From the NCBI GenBank assembly GCA_964346795.1, contig CAYFWD010000001.1, forward strand, positions 4,337-68,336: 64,000 bases of DNA, in the 5' to 3' direction. Positions 39,195 through 48,827 of the stretch are shown in pieces. The DNA comes from an uncultured Bacteroidaceae bacterium. Lineage in GTDB: Bacteria > Bacteroidota > Bacteroidia > Bacteroidales > P3. The stretch's first letter is position 1. Each line of letters opens with the position of its first letter. The notes under the pieces are model-generated. The model made no database searches. It had not been told where the DNA came from and saw only the letters and a list, made by a program, of their open reading frames with translations. The position numbers and the translations under genes were made by a program.

Positions 39195-40058
39195 TTATTT
39201 AATAACTGTAATACTCCCTTTGTGAGGAATTCTCTTTCCCAAATGACTGTATTCGAATAAATAAAAATAAGTCCCTATTGGTAGATTATGTGCAGAAAAA
39301 TCATTATTGTATGAACTTTTTCTGTAAACTATTTTCCCTTTTCTATCCATAATTACAAGAGTATTTTCTGGGAATTTATCAACATTCTTTATTACAAAAT
39401 AATCATTAATTCCGTCTCCATTTGGAGTAATAAGGTTTGAGGCAACAAATTTCGGAATATCATTCTCAATAGGTGAAATCTTATCTTCCTCCGTACTTAT
39501 AGTCTCAACCTTGTTGTTTATTACAAGTTCAGAAGTATTTGCAGGTTTATTATGAATAGGCTCTACTATGTAATTGCCTTTTGATAATATTTCATGAGGT
39601 TTATCTTCAACTTCATATTCTATAATAATATTTTTAGCTTCTTGTTTTATTTTACTATTATCCTTTACTTCTAAATTAATATCTTTTGCAATATTAGAGT
39701 TTTTGTACTCTTCCTTATTAATAGTATTAGATTTATTTATTATAGAATTATTTGCATTAATCTTTGAAATATTTTTTGTTTTTGGAGATATTTCTTTTGA
39801 AGAATTATCAATAATAAGGTAGGTTCCAACTCCAAGTATTGCAGTTGTTGTAATAATTCCTATTGTTTTAAGGGTAGTTGAAAAAGTAAAGCTTTTATTT
39901 AATGAAGATTTTACAATATTTTTCTCTATTGTACTTTTATTCGCACCATTAATAATATTACTTGGATTTTTAAGCTCGGCTTCTATCTTGCCCCAAATAT
40001 CTGGAGCATTAATTTCAGTGCTTTTAAGTTTACTAAATATCTTGTCTATATTATTCAT
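39195..40058 (-). CDS. Single-pass membrane protein in the anti-sigma position, ending in a T9SS type-B (gliding-motility-associated) C-terminal domain
   Basis: The start overlaps the sigma-factor stop by 8 nt (ATGAATAA). The N-terminus has 'APDIWGKIEAEL', the TM segment is 'IGIITTTAILGVGTYLII', and a low-complexity Asn/Lys linker follows. The C-terminus reads 'ITPNGDGINDYFVIKNV...LPIGTYFYLFEY...KGSITVIK'. Confidence 0.65.
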   Translation of the reverse strand: MNNIDKIFSKLKSTEINAPDIWGKIEAELKNPSNIINGANKSTIEKNIVKSSLNKSFTFSTTLKTIGIITTTAILGVGTYLIIDNSSKEISPKTKNISKINANNSIINKSNTINKEEYKNSNIAKDINLEVKDNSKIKQEAKNIIIEYEVEDKPHEILSKGNYIVEPIHNKPANTSELVINNKVETISTEEDKISPIENDIPKFVASNLITPNGDGINDYFVIKNVDKFPENTLVIMDRKGKIVYRKSSYNNDFSAHNLPIGTYFYLFEYSHLGKRIPHKGSITVIK

Positions 40059-40626
40059 TTCTTGCTTTCTCTATTTTCTTTAACTCTTCTTTCAATATTT
40101 GTCTTGCCTTGTAAAGATTACTCTTAACGCTATTTTGATTTATCCCCAAAATTTCACTTATATCTTTATTGCTATATTGGTCAATGGCACATAGATTAAA
40201 TATTACTTGTAAAGATTTTGGAAGTTTCTGAATACAACCTAACAACTCTTCTTCTGTAAAAATATAATCAGATTCAAAAACCACAAAATCATTGCTCTCT
40301 ACTTCTGCCTCTATCTCATTTATTGTATTATACTTATTATTATTCCTATAAATATTTATTGCACTATTTATCATTACCTTTTGAAGCCATGATTCAAAAT
40401 GCCCAATACTGAAATTACGTTGTTCTTCAAAACTATTAATATTATTAAAAACCCTCAACCATCCTTGCATTAACATATCCTCTGCTTCAGAACTACTCTT
40501 TGAATATCGTACACATAATGCAAACATTTGGTTTTTGTAGCGATTAAAAAGTTCTTTCTGTGCCTTTGAGTTATTCTGTTTGCAAAGATTTATTAGGTTT
40601 AATAATTCTCTTTCGTTCTTTTTCAT
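40051..40626 (-). CDS. ECF-type RNA polymerase sigma-70 family factor
   Basis: Region 2 is 'LFNRYKNQMFALCVRYS...AEDMLMQGWLRVF'. Region 4 is an HTH ('YSNKDISEILGINQNSVKSNLYKARQIL'). The ATG at 40626 is preferred over the track's TTG at 40662. Confidence 0.85.
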   Translation of the reverse strand: MKKNERELLNLINLCKQNNSKAQKELFNRYKNQMFALCVRYSKSSSEAEDMLMQGWLRVFNNINSFEEQRNFSIGHFESWLQKVMINSAINIYRNNNKYNTINEIEAEVESNDFVVFESDYIFTEEELLGCIQKLPKSLQVIFNLCAIDQYSNKDISEILGINQNSVKSNLYKARQILKEELKKIEKARNE

Positions 40627-40690
40627 AAATCCTTTACAAACATAATAACACCTAATTTTCAAAAAAAGTAAACACTAAGTAGCGTTTTTT

Positions 40691-43006
40691 TTAATTTATT
40701 ATGATTATTTTTTCTCTAAGAGTTGAAGACTTGTCTTTAGATATAAGGGTTAGAAGATATAATCCAGAAGATAAATTATTTTCAATTTTTATTTGATTAA
40801 TACCTTTCTTTACCTTATCGGAATAAAGTATTTTTCCACTATTATCAGAAATAAATAAATCATAATCCTGATTAAGTTTGCTAAAATTAATATTTATACT
40901 TTCTTTTGCAGGATTAGGGTAAACCTTTATTTTTGGAGAGATTTGTTCAATATTAGATAAATCTATTATACTCACATCTCCTATTCCCATAATATAATCT
41001 CCTTTCCAAAGAGAATTTAGAGTCAAATAGCCTTCAGAATTATTAGGTTTTGTAGTTTTTACAGCAATCCAATCTGCTTCTTGATTAGGTCTATAAAGGA
41101 GAATTAAAGAGTCTAAAGATGAGTATTTACTTATTAAGTCTTTATCAAAATCATTATTACCTGCAAGAAACTTAAAATAGAAATTACTCTCTATTTCACA
41201 ATTCTCCAAACCCTCTCCTTCTATTGTCCAATAATGTTTTTGACTTATTCTTTGAATACCATTAGGCAGAGGTTTTTCCTCTTCATTACCTACCCAATGA
41301 AGGGTTGTTCTAAGAAAGATTGAATCAGGGTTGTTCTTAATATTTGCATAGAAATATGTATTAGGAAAATTTTGTCTTCCTATTCCCTCTATGATTTTAT
41401 AATTATCAATTGTTGCATCTGCAATCTCTTCTTCCAAATCAATAAAACAATTAATTGGATTAATACTTAGATTTATATTTTGAGTTGTAGACAAACCACT
41501 AAACTCTATTATCCTTTTTTCTTTATTCCAGTTAGCATCTATAAAAGTTACAGGCACCCTGCTTGTATTACAACCTTCATTAAGATTTGCTATTGTTCTC
41601 TGATTAATTTTTATTGTTGCAACATTTCCGTTAAAAGACTTACTTACAATTGAATAATGATTATATCCACTATCCAAAACATAGAAATTAAAGAAATCAT
41701 TCAAATCAATATTAGTTACAGAAGACAAATAGTCTCTCATCTGAAAAGTATTTATTATTCCATAAGCATAGTTATTTAGCATTGAACGAACAGCTGGATA
41801 AAAAATACTATCTCCTAAATATCCTTTGAGAGTGTGAACAACAGCAGCACCTTTCCTATATGTTGTTGTAGAATAAACATCAGCACCTGTTACTCCATAC
41901 AATATTCTATATCCTTCTTCTCTCGGTAATTTATTTAGCACCATTTCCATATTATTTCTAAAATAATTCTTTGCATGTTCCTTTCCATAATGTCCTTCAA
42001 AAGAAATGTTTTCTGACCAAGAAGTCCAACCTTCCTTAATCCACATATCAAGTTCACACTCTCCACCCATAAAATTACCAAACCAACTATGACCCAACTC
42101 ATGAACAATATTACTATTATTTGCATCACCCTGACCAATTGCAGCAGTATGAGCTAAAGAAATATTATCAACATGCTCCATACTTCCTAAAGGAGTAACA
42201 CAATATCCAACCCTATTGAACCTAAATTCTCCAAACTTGTTTTCCAAAGCATGAAAAGCATCTTTTATTAAACCTACCTTACCTCTAACTGCTGAACTAT
42301 CTGCAGGAAAACAATATATATGTAATGGAAAATCCTTAACAATACCCTGCAAAGTATCTTCAAGCAAACAATAATCTGCAATTGTTACAGCAACCAAATA
42401 AGGAGCAATTGTTTGAGGTATTCTCCAATGCCACGAAGAAGAAGAGTCGGAAACCACAGAAATACTATCCAAAATTCCTCCACAAATAGCTTTTCTTGAA
42501 CTTTGAGTGGTAATATTAAGATTAAAGGTGGCCTTATCACTAAAATAATCTTGAGCAGGAAACCAACTTCTTGCAAAAGAATGTTGAGGCTCCATTATTG
42601 CTACATTTAAGGAGTATATAATATTTGGATTATAGTGCATACCTCCCCAGCCATAAATTTCAATTACTTGAGAACCGCTATACCAAACACAAACCTCAAC
42701 CTCTTCATTGTTTTGAACGTATGGAGGCAAAGAAATATTCAAATTGGGAGAAAGATAAGAATAAATCGCAGGCATACCATTAACATATACCGAATCAACA
42801 TCGTGATTTAATAAGCTTAATTTAATAATTCTATTGATAGGATTATTAACTTTTACCCTTACCGTACAATATCCTTTATGTCTATTTTTTATAATATTGT
42901 TAATATCCAAATTAATGTCGTAATGTAAAACATCTATGGAATCTGTCTGAGCGTTGATTTGTAGAGAAAGGAAACAAATCACTAAAAAAAAGTATATTTT
43001 TTTCAT
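40691..43006 (-). CDS. Secreted M1-family zinc metallopeptidase (aminopeptidase N-like) with a T9SS type-A sorting domain
   Basis: 771 aa with a signal peptide, 'HELGHSWFGN' followed by 'W.KEGW' (HExxH-E), and the C-terminal 'KVYPNPAKESININF...GLYLLTLIS'. Confidence 0.85.
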   Translation of the reverse strand: MKKIYFFLVICFLSLQINAQTDSIDVLHYDINLDINNIIKNRHKGYCTVRVKVNNPINRIIKLSLLNHDVDSVYVNGMPAIYSYLSPNLNISLPPYVQNNEEVEVCVWYSGSQVIEIYGWGGMHYNPNIIYSLNVAIMEPQHSFARSWFPAQDYFSDKATFNLNITTQSSRKAICGGILDSISVVSDSSSSWHWRIPQTIAPYLVAVTIADYCLLEDTLQGIVKDFPLHIYCFPADSSAVRGKVGLIKDAFHALENKFGEFRFNRVGYCVTPLGSMEHVDNISLAHTAAIGQGDANNSNIVHELGHSWFGNFMGGECELDMWIKEGWTSWSENISFEGHYGKEHAKNYFRNNMEMVLNKLPREEGYRILYGVTGADVYSTTTYRKGAAVVHTLKGYLGDSIFYPAVRSMLNNYAYGIINTFQMRDYLSSVTNIDLNDFFNFYVLDSGYNHYSIVSKSFNGNVATIKINQRTIANLNEGCNTSRVPVTFIDANWNKEKRIIEFSGLSTTQNINLSINPINCFIDLEEEIADATIDNYKIIEGIGRQNFPNTYFYANIKNNPDSIFLRTTLHWVGNEEEKPLPNGIQRISQKHYWTIEGEGLENCEIESNFYFKFLAGNNDFDKDLISKYSSLDSLILLYRPNQEADWIAVKTTKPNNSEGYLTLNSLWKGDYIMGIGDVSIIDLSNIEQISPKIKVYPNPAKESININFSKLNQDYDLFISDNSGKILYSDKVKKGINQIKIENNLSSGLYLLTLISKDKSSTLREKIIIIN

Positions 43007-43189
43007 TTTAATATTGAATTAATTATCAAGAAATCATTTTGCAAATATAATAATTAATGTTTCAAAGACAAGAAAAAATAATTGCATTAAATACAAAACT
43101 TAACTAATTCTCATTTAAACTTAGTCTTTGGGATTATAAACTAAGTTTATTTACAGAAAAACCAAATATACTTTTTTGTGTATTATAAT

Positions 43190-43228
43190 AAAAAAACGCC
43201 ATCTGCTTTATCACAAAGCTAATGGCGT
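43190..43228 (-). terminator. Intrinsic terminator after tRNA-Lys
   Basis: Stem ACGCCAT (43196-43202) pairs with ATGGCGT (43222-43228), with an inner GCTTT/AAAGC pairing. On the minus strand a T-run follows. Confidence 0.65.
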
Positions 43229-43249
43229 AAAAAAGTTATTATATCTTTG

Positions 43250-43322
43250 TGACTAAGCTGGGATTCGAACCCAGGACCCCATCCTTAAAAGGGATGTGCT
43301 CTACCGACTGAGCTACTTAGTC
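43250..43322 (-). tRNA. tRNA-Lys (anticodon UUU)
   Basis: Hand-folded cloverleaf: GACTAAG / GCTC..GAGC / CATCC-CTTTTAA-GGATG / CTGGG-TTCGAAT-CCCAG / CTTAGTC-A. No CCA is encoded. Confidence 0.9.
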
Positions 43323-43339
43323 GTTTTGATTTGGAAGTG

Positions 43340-43347
43340 CAAAGGTA
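43340..43347 (-). promoter_or_regulatory. -7 box (TACCTTTG) for tRNA-Lys
   Basis: Exact TAnnTTTG match on the minus strand, 18 nt upstream of the mature tRNA 5' end. It is followed by 'CACTTCCAAA', which is related to the other tRNA promoters. Confidence 0.45.
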
Positions 43348-43527
43348 GTCCTTTTTTTATTACTGGCAAATGTTTTCTAATTATTTTAATCATCTTTTTA
43401 GATAAAGTTCTTTTTATCAATAAGATAATTTATTAGCTTTATAATACACAGTAAATATTTTAAAGAAAAACTTGTTCCAATAATAATTATTCTATATTAT
43501 TGCAAAAATTATTTAAAGGAAATTAGT

Positions 43528-43944
43528 ATGGAATTAGAAATACACTTAAAAAAAGGTATTGGAGATTTAAATTTTGATTCTTCAATTGACCAAACCATCG
43601 AATTATTAGGCTCTCCAACAGAAGTTGAAAATATTGGAGAAGACATTGATTTTCCAACCACAATTCTTCATTATGATAATTTAGGGTTGAGTTTGTTTTT
43701 TGAAAATAATGTTTCTTGTAAATTGACTTGCATTGATATTGATAGTGGTAAAACAACCTTATTTGGAGAAAAGGTATTGGGACTTTCTTCAAAAGAGATT
43801 GAAAACTTGATGAGCAAAAACAATATTCTCAATGGAACCAAGGAAAAGGAAGAATGGGGAGAAGAGAGACTTTCTTTTGAAAACCATAGCATAGACTTTT
43901 ATTTTATTGATGAAAAATTAGCATCTATTACTTTTGGAAAATAA
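43528..43944 (+). CDS. Hypothetical cytoplasmic protein
   Basis: 138 aa with no signal peptide and no recognised motif. It overlaps the next gene by 11 nt. Confidence 0.45.
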   Translation: MELEIHLKKGIGDLNFDSSIDQTIELLGSPTEVENIGEDIDFPTTILHYDNLGLSLFFENNVSCKLTCIDIDSGKTTLFGEKVLGLSSKEIENLMSKNNILNGTKEKEEWGEERLSFENHSIDFYFIDEKLASITFGK

Positions 43945-44557
43945 CATAACACCTATATTTCCTGCATTTTTCTTTCCAAACATTGAGTATTTTGCTAATT
44001 TGCAAAAGCACAAAAAAGTTATTATTGAAGCTTGTGAGAATTTCCCAAAACAAACTTTCCGCAATAGAACATATATTCTTTCTGCAAATGGAGTATTGAG
44101 TATTAACGTACCTATTATAAAAACATCTTCTACAAAGCAAAAGATTTCAGAAGTCAGAATTTCCTATAAAGAAAATTGGAACATAAGGGCATGGAGAGCT
44201 ATTACTTCTGCTTATGGCAGGAGTATTTACTTTGAGTATTTTGAAGATGATATTAAAAAATTCTTTTTTGATAAATACGACAAACTTTTTGACCTCAATG
44301 TGGATATATTGAAGTACTTTATCAATAAATTTGACATTAAAACTAATATTTTATTCTCTCAAGAATATAATGTTATAGATAAGGAATATGATTTTAGAGA
44401 AAGATTTCCTGTTAATGACAAAAAAGATAATTCTAATAATTCTTTCAAACCATACTTCCAATGTTTTTCAGAAAAGTTTCAATTCACTGAAAATCTTTCA
44501 TGCTTAGACTTATTAATGAATACAGGAAAAGAAAGTAGCTTATATATTAATTTTTGA
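43934..44557 (+). CDS. WbqC-family protein (associated with polysaccharide biosynthesis)
   Basis: 'FFFPNIEYFANL...IIEACENFPKQTFRNRTYILSANGVLSINVPI' matches my recollection of the WbqC family. It has a TTG start. Confidence 0.65.
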   Translation: MENNITPIFPAFFFPNIEYFANLQKHKKVIIEACENFPKQTFRNRTYILSANGVLSINVPIIKTSSTKQKISEVRISYKENWNIRAWRAITSAYGRSIYFEYFEDDIKKFFFDKYDKLFDLNVDILKYFINKFDIKTNILFSQEYNVIDKEYDFRERFPVNDKKDNSNNSFKPYFQCFSEKFQFTENLSCLDLLMNTGKESSLYINF

Positions 44558-44600
44558 TATTATTTTTTAGATTTATTTTCAATTTAATGATTCTATTAAT

Positions 44601-44608
44601 TATCTTTG
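44601..44608 (+). promoter_or_regulatory. -7 box (TATCTTTG) upstream of the WecA/MraY-family gene
   Basis: Exact TAnnTTTG match, 32 nt upstream of the ATG at 44640. Confidence 0.4.
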
Positions 44609-44639
44609 CAGTTTGTTATAGAAACTTTATGGTATTTAT

Positions 44640-45773
44640 ATGATATTTATTTATTGTTTTCTTGTTTCCACATTATTAGTTTTTATTCTTATGCCTTATT
44701 ACATAAGACTAATGTTAAAATACAGAGTTTTAGACAGGTCTGGAGGCAGAAAAATTCACAAAGGAATTAAGGTTAATATTGGTGGTTTTATAATATTTCT
44801 TGGATTCGTCGCTTCCTATATCTTAGCCTTGTCTTATATACCAAAAGAATATATTGACAATGCACTAACGTTTATTATTTTACTTGGCTGTATTATTGTT
44901 GTGGGGGTTAGAGACGATATGAACTCTTTAACTGCAAAAAATAAATTAGTACTTGAAATTATTGCAATTTTATTTATTTGTAGAATGGGTCTTAAAATAG
45001 ATAGTCTTTATGGTTTTATGGGTATATATGAACTACCTGTTTGGCTAAGTTACACTATTACCATATTTTTCTTCGTTGTTATTCTCAATACATATAATCT
45101 AATTGATGGAATCGATGGTCAAGCTGGAACTCAAGCATTAAATGTTTTTATCCCTTTATTTCTATTTTTCTTCTTTTTAGGAAATTATAACACTTCAAAT
45201 ATTTTCCACAACCCATATTTCTGGGCAATTATTTGTATAAGTATTATTGGAGGTTTATTAGCTTTCCTTTATTATAATTGGGAGCCTTCAAGAGTTTTTA
45301 TGGGAGACACTGGCTCAATTTCAATAGGAACAATTATTGCTTGCACTATAGTTATTGCAATAAAATTTAATGGAGAAAACATAAGCAATTTTACCTTATT
45401 TGGATTTGAAATAAAATCTAAAATTGGAGTTGTTGTTTCTTTGTTTTTCATTCCTCTTGCTGATACTCTAAGAGTTTTTTCTGCAAGAGTTTGTAAAAAG
45501 AAATCTCCTTTTTCTCCTGATAAGTCTCATATTCATCATTTCCTGATTCGTACGGGAGCTTCACATAAAACAAGCACATTAACAACCCTTACTTTCTCTA
45601 TAATAACCTCAATTATAGGAATATTTCTTGCAACAATATTTACCGATAATATATTTATTCCTCTTTTAGTAGTAATGTTTGTGTTATATGTTATCTCGCT
45701 TTCATATATAACTAAAAGAAGAATAAAAACAATGAAAAAGAAAAGATTATGTCAGATGAAATTAGCACAATAG
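44640..45773 (+). CDS. Polyprenyl-phosphate N-acetylhexosamine-1-phosphate transferase (MraY/WecA family, GT4 of the PNPT superfamily)
   Basis: 377 aa polytopic protein with 'DDMNSL', 'NTYNLIDGIDGQAG' and 'FMGDTGS'. Confidence 0.82.
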   Translation: MIFIYCFLVSTLLVFILMPYYIRLMLKYRVLDRSGGRKIHKGIKVNIGGFIIFLGFVASYILALSYIPKEYIDNALTFIILLGCIIVVGVRDDMNSLTAKNKLVLEIIAILFICRMGLKIDSLYGFMGIYELPVWLSYTITIFFFVVILNTYNLIDGIDGQAGTQALNVFIPLFLFFFFLGNYNTSNIFHNPYFWAIICISIIGGLLAFLYYNWEPSRVFMGDTGSISIGTIIACTIVIAIKFNGENISNFTLFGFEIKSKIGVVVSLFFIPLADTLRVFSARVCKKKSPFSPDKSHIHHFLIRTGASHKTSTLTTLTFSIITSIIGIFLATIFTDNIFIPLLVVMFVLYVISLSYITKRRIKTMKKKRLCQMKLAQ

Positions 45774-46444
45774 AAGAACAAACCAAACCAATTATTAAAT
45801 TCACAGATGCCACTCTTTCACAGGGGAAAATGGTATTAAGCAATGTCAATTTAACTATTGAGGAAGGTGAGTTTGTTTATATAATTGGTAAAACAGGAAC
45901 AGGTAAAAGCACTCTGTTAAAAACCATTTACGCAGAACTGCCTTTAAGTGTTGGCGAAGGGGAAGTTTGTGGTTTTACTCTAAATAATCTAAAAAAGAAA
46001 AATATCCCTATGCTTAGACGAAAGCTAGGTATTGTATTTCAAGACTTCCAACTCCTTCAAGATAGAAATGTTTTTGAAAATATTGCTTTCGTACTTAAAT
46101 CAATTGGAATGAAAGACTCCCAAGAAATCAAAGAGAAAGTAACTTTGGCTTTGGAAGATGTTGGCATGGCAAATAGAGAAAGTGAAATGCCATATAATTT
46201 GAGCGAAGGAGAAATGCAAAGAGTTGCTATTGCAAGAGCTATTGTTAACCAACCAAAACTAATCGTTGCAGATGAACCAACAGGAAACCTTGACCCTATT
46301 ACTTCTGAGGAAATTGTAAAACTCTTAATGAAAATCAATCAACAACACAAAACAACCATTCTTATGGTTACTCATGATTATCTTGTAATAGAGAAGTTTC
46401 GTTCAAGAGTGATTTGCTGTGAAGATGGAAAAATCATAGCCTAA
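45749..46444 (+). CDS. ftsE: Cell-division ABC ATPase FtsE
   Basis: 231 aa with Walker A 'GKTGTGKST', the signature 'LSEGEMQRVAIARA' and Walker B 'LIVADEPTGNLD'. The size and pattern fit FtsE. Confidence 0.8.
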   Translation: MSDEISTIEEQTKPIIKFTDATLSQGKMVLSNVNLTIEEGEFVYIIGKTGTGKSTLLKTIYAELPLSVGEGEVCGFTLNNLKKKNIPMLRRKLGIVFQDFQLLQDRNVFENIAFVLKSIGMKDSQEIKEKVTLALEDVGMANRESEMPYNLSEGEMQRVAIARAIVNQPKLIVADEPTGNLDPITSEEIVKLLMKINQQHKTTILMVTHDYLVIEKFRSRVICCEDGKIIA

Positions 46445-46445
46445 A

Positions 46446-46560
46446 ATAAGCTAAGCTTATTTCAAAAAAAACTTGACTTAAATAAAAAAAGACGGCGGAT
46501 AAATAAATTTATCTCCTAGATAATTTTATTTTTCTAGGAGATAAATAGAATTAAGTAGGG
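46446..46560. repeat. Copy D of the dispersed composite intergenic repeat
   Basis: Two 21-bp units (AAGCTAAGCTT / AAACTTGACTT) are followed by 'AAAAAGACGGCGGATAAATAAA'. The hairpin is TATCTCCTAGA (46510-46520) / TCTAGGAGATA (46533-46543). Confidence 0.8.
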
Positions 46561-46583
46561 GGAAATAAAAACAAGACTTTTTA

Positions 46584-47504
46584 TCAAAAGCAAAAATCTT
46601 CACTTTCCATTAGTTTCTTTTTACCTTCTTTCTTTATAAGAGAGAAATAGCCTAATTTATAAAAATCAAAAAGAAATAAACTTGGATACTTTCCTTTTAA
46701 ATTTTTCTCTATCAATTTTTTGAATCGTTTGTAAAAGAAGATTACAAGCCCATTTAGTTTATATTTTTTCAAACAATAATATGTTCTTATAATCTTTACA
46801 TCTTCTAAATCTTTAACATCTTCTGTATTTAAGACAATATCAACAAGATTTCGGATAGCATTACGAGAATTATTAATAAAATCTGTTGCTTCATAAAGGT
46901 CAATATGTATTATGGGATTGCATATAACCTTTAGTTTAAAGCCTTTTTTCTTTAACTCTATTCCAAAAGCAGTATCTTCATGTCCGTAGCCAAGCATGGT
47001 TTGGTCAAACTGAATAGTATTAAAAACTTCCTTTTTTATTAAGAAGTTATTAGTCATAAAAGTTTTTGCGTCAGACCTATTACACTTTGATTCTCTTTTT
47101 ACACCATAGAGCCAATGTAAATAATAATTTTTCTTTATTTTCTCCTTTTCATGATAAATTCTACCTCCACAAATAACATCTGCCTCATCCTTAAACTTAT
47201 GATATAAATGAAGATATTGACTTGATGCTATTGCCCCATCACAATCCAAAAACAAAAGATATTCTCCCTTTGCATCATTAGCCATAAGATTTCTTATTGC
47301 AGCACGTCCATAATTTCGTGCAAGCTCTTTATAAGTAACATTATCTAAAAGAGCCAAATCTCTATTCTCTTGGTATTTTTTTGATGAAAAATCATCATAG
47401 ACCAATATTTCAAACTCCTCACCAATTATTGTGGCTTGCTCATGAAGATTTTGACATAACTTTGAGCAATCAAAATTATATGTTGGAATTAATATTGATA
47501 ACAT
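46584..47504 (-). CDS. Glycosyltransferase family 2
   Basis: 306 aa with the GT-A N-terminus 'LSILIPTYN', 'DD.S' and 'FLDCDG' (DxD). Confidence 0.8.
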   Translation of the reverse strand: MLSILIPTYNFDCSKLCQNLHEQATIIGEEFEILVYDDFSSKKYQENRDLALLDNVTYKELARNYGRAAIRNLMANDAKGEYLLFLDCDGAIASSQYLHLYHKFKDEADVICGGRIYHEKEKIKKNYYLHWLYGVKRESKCNRSDAKTFMTNNFLIKKEVFNTIQFDQTMLGYGHEDTAFGIELKKKGFKLKVICNPIIHIDLYEATDFINNSRNAIRNLVDIVLNTEDVKDLEDVKIIRTYYCLKKYKLNGLVIFFYKRFKKLIEKNLKGKYPSLFLFDFYKLGYFSLIKKEGKKKLMESEDFCF

Positions 47505-47505
47505 C

Positions 47506-48612
47506 TTAAATCTCGTTTAATAAGTCTAATATCTTTTTTTGTTCTTCTTCCCAGCAAAATTGCTGCTTTGCTTTTTTGCAATTTTCAACATATAAATCTC
47601 TTCTTTCTTTATCATTTAAAAGAGAATTAATCTGTTCAGCAATATTCTTTGGATTATGATTATTCAAAAAATCACAAATATTAAACGCTTCAAGTATATG
47701 TTTTATTTCACTTAATGGGGTAATTATTATTGGGATTTCTGCATGAATGTATTCAAAAAGCTTGTTGGGAAGGCTCATTGCATAGTTTTGGTTAGTATCC
47801 TTATCCAATGAAAGACCTATATCTGCATTGAAAGTGTATTGCATCATATCATCAAAAGGTATCCTTGGAACAAAGGATATTTTATTTCTAACTCCAAACT
47901 CAACTGCCAATGTTTTTAATTTATCATAAACATCTCCATCTCCAATAACATATAAATAAGCATCCACCCATTGCATGCTCTCTACCAATTCCTCCATTCC
48001 TCTTTCAATATTACAGCCTCCTCCCTGCCAAACAAGAATTGGCTTATCAGGCATATTCAAATCTTCTTTTGTCTTTACCTTTTTAATACTATCAGCTTTG
48101 GGAAAATTCCTTACAATAAATGCATCAACCCCATACTCTTTTTTAAAATAATCAGCAATAGGATTACAAACTGTTATTACATTTTTAAGATTAGGAAGTA
48201 TTCTCCGTTCAATCCTTTTCCAAAACCACTTAGCAAAGCGATTATATTTTAATTCTGGAACCTCCGTAAAATGCTCGTGAGAATCAAAGACTAAAGGTTT
48301 ATTTCTTATTTTTGAAATTAAATAATTTGCCAAAAGAGTATCCAGGTCATTAGCCCAAAGAATATCAATTTTAGAGAAAAGAAGTTTTAAAAATAGCCTA
48401 ATATTGAAATCTGCATAGAAAAAGAAACTCGAATAAAAGCAAAGATGCAATCTTGAGTAAGAGTATTTTCTTTTATTCATTGGAGGACTATTCCTTTTCA
48501 ATCGTCCTATTAAATGAACATTATAACCTGCTTCAACAAGAGAATTACAAGTCTTATCAACTCTATTATCAGTTACTAAATCATTACTTACAGAAACAAT
48601 TACTTTTTTCAT
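47506..48612 (-). CDS. Glycosyltransferase, GT-B fold (family 1/4-like)
   Basis: 368 aa. It abuts the GT2 gene with a 1-nt gap. The C-terminal region ('LPNKLFEYIHAEIPII') is typical of GT-B enzymes. Confidence 0.72.
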   Translation of the reverse strand: MKKVIVSVSNDLVTDNRVDKTCNSLVEAGYNVHLIGRLKRNSPPMNKRKYSYSRLHLCFYSSFFFYADFNIRLFLKLLFSKIDILWANDLDTLLANYLISKIRNKPLVFDSHEHFTEVPELKYNRFAKWFWKRIERRILPNLKNVITVCNPIADYFKKEYGVDAFIVRNFPKADSIKKVKTKEDLNMPDKPILVWQGGGCNIERGMEELVESMQWVDAYLYVIGDGDVYDKLKTLAVEFGVRNKISFVPRIPFDDMMQYTFNADIGLSLDKDTNQNYAMSLPNKLFEYIHAEIPIIITPLSEIKHILEAFNICDFLNNHNPKNIAEQINSLLNDKERRDLYVENCKKAKQQFCWEEEQKKILDLLNEI

Positions 48613-48668
48613 TACTTGGTAATAATAAAGAAAAAAGACCTTTAGTAAAAAGGTCTTCTTTAATAATG

Positions 48669-48742
48669 TGGTCCCACTTGGGCTCGAACCAAGGACCCCC
48701 TGATTATGAGTCAGGTGCTCTAACCAGCTGAGCTATGGGACC
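48669..48742 (-). tRNA. tRNA with CAU anticodon (elongator Met or lysidine-modified Ile2; not initiator-like)
   Basis: Cloverleaf: GGTCCCA / GCTC..GAGC / CCTGA-CTCATAA-TCAGG / CTTGG-TTCGAGC-CCAAG / TGGGACC-A. Position 1:72 is paired and there is no GGG/CCC anticodon stem, so it is not fMet. Confidence 0.85.
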
Positions 48743-48778
48743 TATAAGTCTTTAAAGACATATATTAATTTGAGGGTG

Positions 48779-48786
48779 CAAAGATA
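48779..48786 (-). promoter_or_regulatory. -7 box (TATCTTTG) for tRNA-CAU
   Basis: Exact TAnnTTTG match on the minus strand, immediately followed by 'CACCCTCAAA'. The same extension occurs at the tRNA-Gly/Leu promoter. Confidence 0.5.
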
Positions 48787-48827
48787 CAATAATTAGAAAT
48801 ACTACCAAATATTTTTCAAAATTATTT

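Noticed and set aside
43007-43527. tRNA-Lys as an integration site for the adjacent peptidase/sigma cluster or the hypothetical gene at 43528
   Set aside because: There is no integrase nearby. I could not find a direct repeat of the tRNA 3' end, and the flanking genes look like ordinary chromosomal genes.
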